A stretch of 64,000 nucleotides of DNA from Nymphaea colorata (lineage: Eukaryota), in assembly GCF_008831285.2 (NCBI RefSeq), contig NC_045138.2, forward strand, positions 33,046,001 to 33,110,000, given 5' to 3'. How positions within the stretch are numbered: position 1 is the stretch's first letter; every line of letters starts with the position of its first letter. The notes under the pieces were generated by a model. The model made no database searches and was not told the DNA's origin. It saw only the letters and a program-made list of their open reading frames with translations. The position numbers and the translations under genes are program-made. This document shows, piece after piece, positions 63,263-64,000 of this stretch.

Positions 63263-64000
63263 CTCTCACTTCTTCTCGTACCTTGCACTAGACTCGTTCA
63301 CGCCCTGTTACAAGTATCATTAGGATCTCACGTACTAGAAGCAATGGGGAATTTGTATTAAATCCAGTAGAAAGTTAAAAATGATGAACACGCTGTTTCG
63401 GATGGGAAGAGCAGAAAAAGTCCATCATTACCATGGACTGCCATCATAATTTACTCCTCCTTCCGTTCATTGTCAGTGAGAACAATGACACTTGTGCAGG
63501 CAGTGATCATTTAAGATCCCCGTGGTGAATGGCTTATTGGCAAACGAAACTTCGTTCCCATCCACCTAACATTCAAATCCAAAAGCATGTAAGATGAGCT
63601 TCTTCTCCATCCGGATAGCCCTAAAGCATTATCCAATTTTCTACAGTTCCGAAATGTGTACACGAGAACAGGTTGGGTCTCAGCCAATCTCAGAGCCAAA
63701 ATGGTCTCACATCCCCAATAACTATTTAGCCCTTCCAGCCATTCCTTAGGCAGTCACGTGCCGGTGCAGCAACCCTTAACGTAAACGATAATCACCGATT
63801 ATCCTGCAACTGATGATGGAAGCCCTTCAGTTTTAAACCATGTAATCGGCATATCATCTGATATCCCAGAGCCCACAGCCTGTATGGATTTGACGTCTTT
63901 TTATAAAGAGTAAACACATCGTTCCATTGAACATACAACCTAAAAAACCCCGATGATTTGAATCATTTCTTTTACTCGAAAATATAAGAGAACCTCAAAG

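Overview
AT-rich flowering-plant genomic DNA (spliceosomal GT-AG introns, CT/GA microsatellites, hAT-type elements). The species cannot be determined from the sequence alone. The window is dominated by a dispersed array of eight intact, intronless wound-induced polypeptide genes (WIP/DUF3774-type, 78-92 aa, all ending CWGP[N/Q]) plus one orphan copy of their promoter. Interleaved with them are a 7-exon VAP27/PVA4-type MSP-domain gene, an intronless TyDC-clade PLP enzyme, and a 12-exon DGK5-like diacylglycerol kinase. The most notable signal is that the 'tyrosine decarboxylase' has Phe at the catalytic-loop Tyr position (F351) and the phenolic-type Ser (S373). This is the signature of an aromatic aldehyde synthase (4HPAAS/PAAS-like) rather than a decarboxylase. 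Most WIP promoters share a GGTTTT-Nx-AAACC dyad with ARE/HRPE-like half-sites. A ~5.3-kb tandem duplication, several hAT elements with 8-bp TSDs and an L1 LINE remnant record recent restructuring. All alignments were done by eye.
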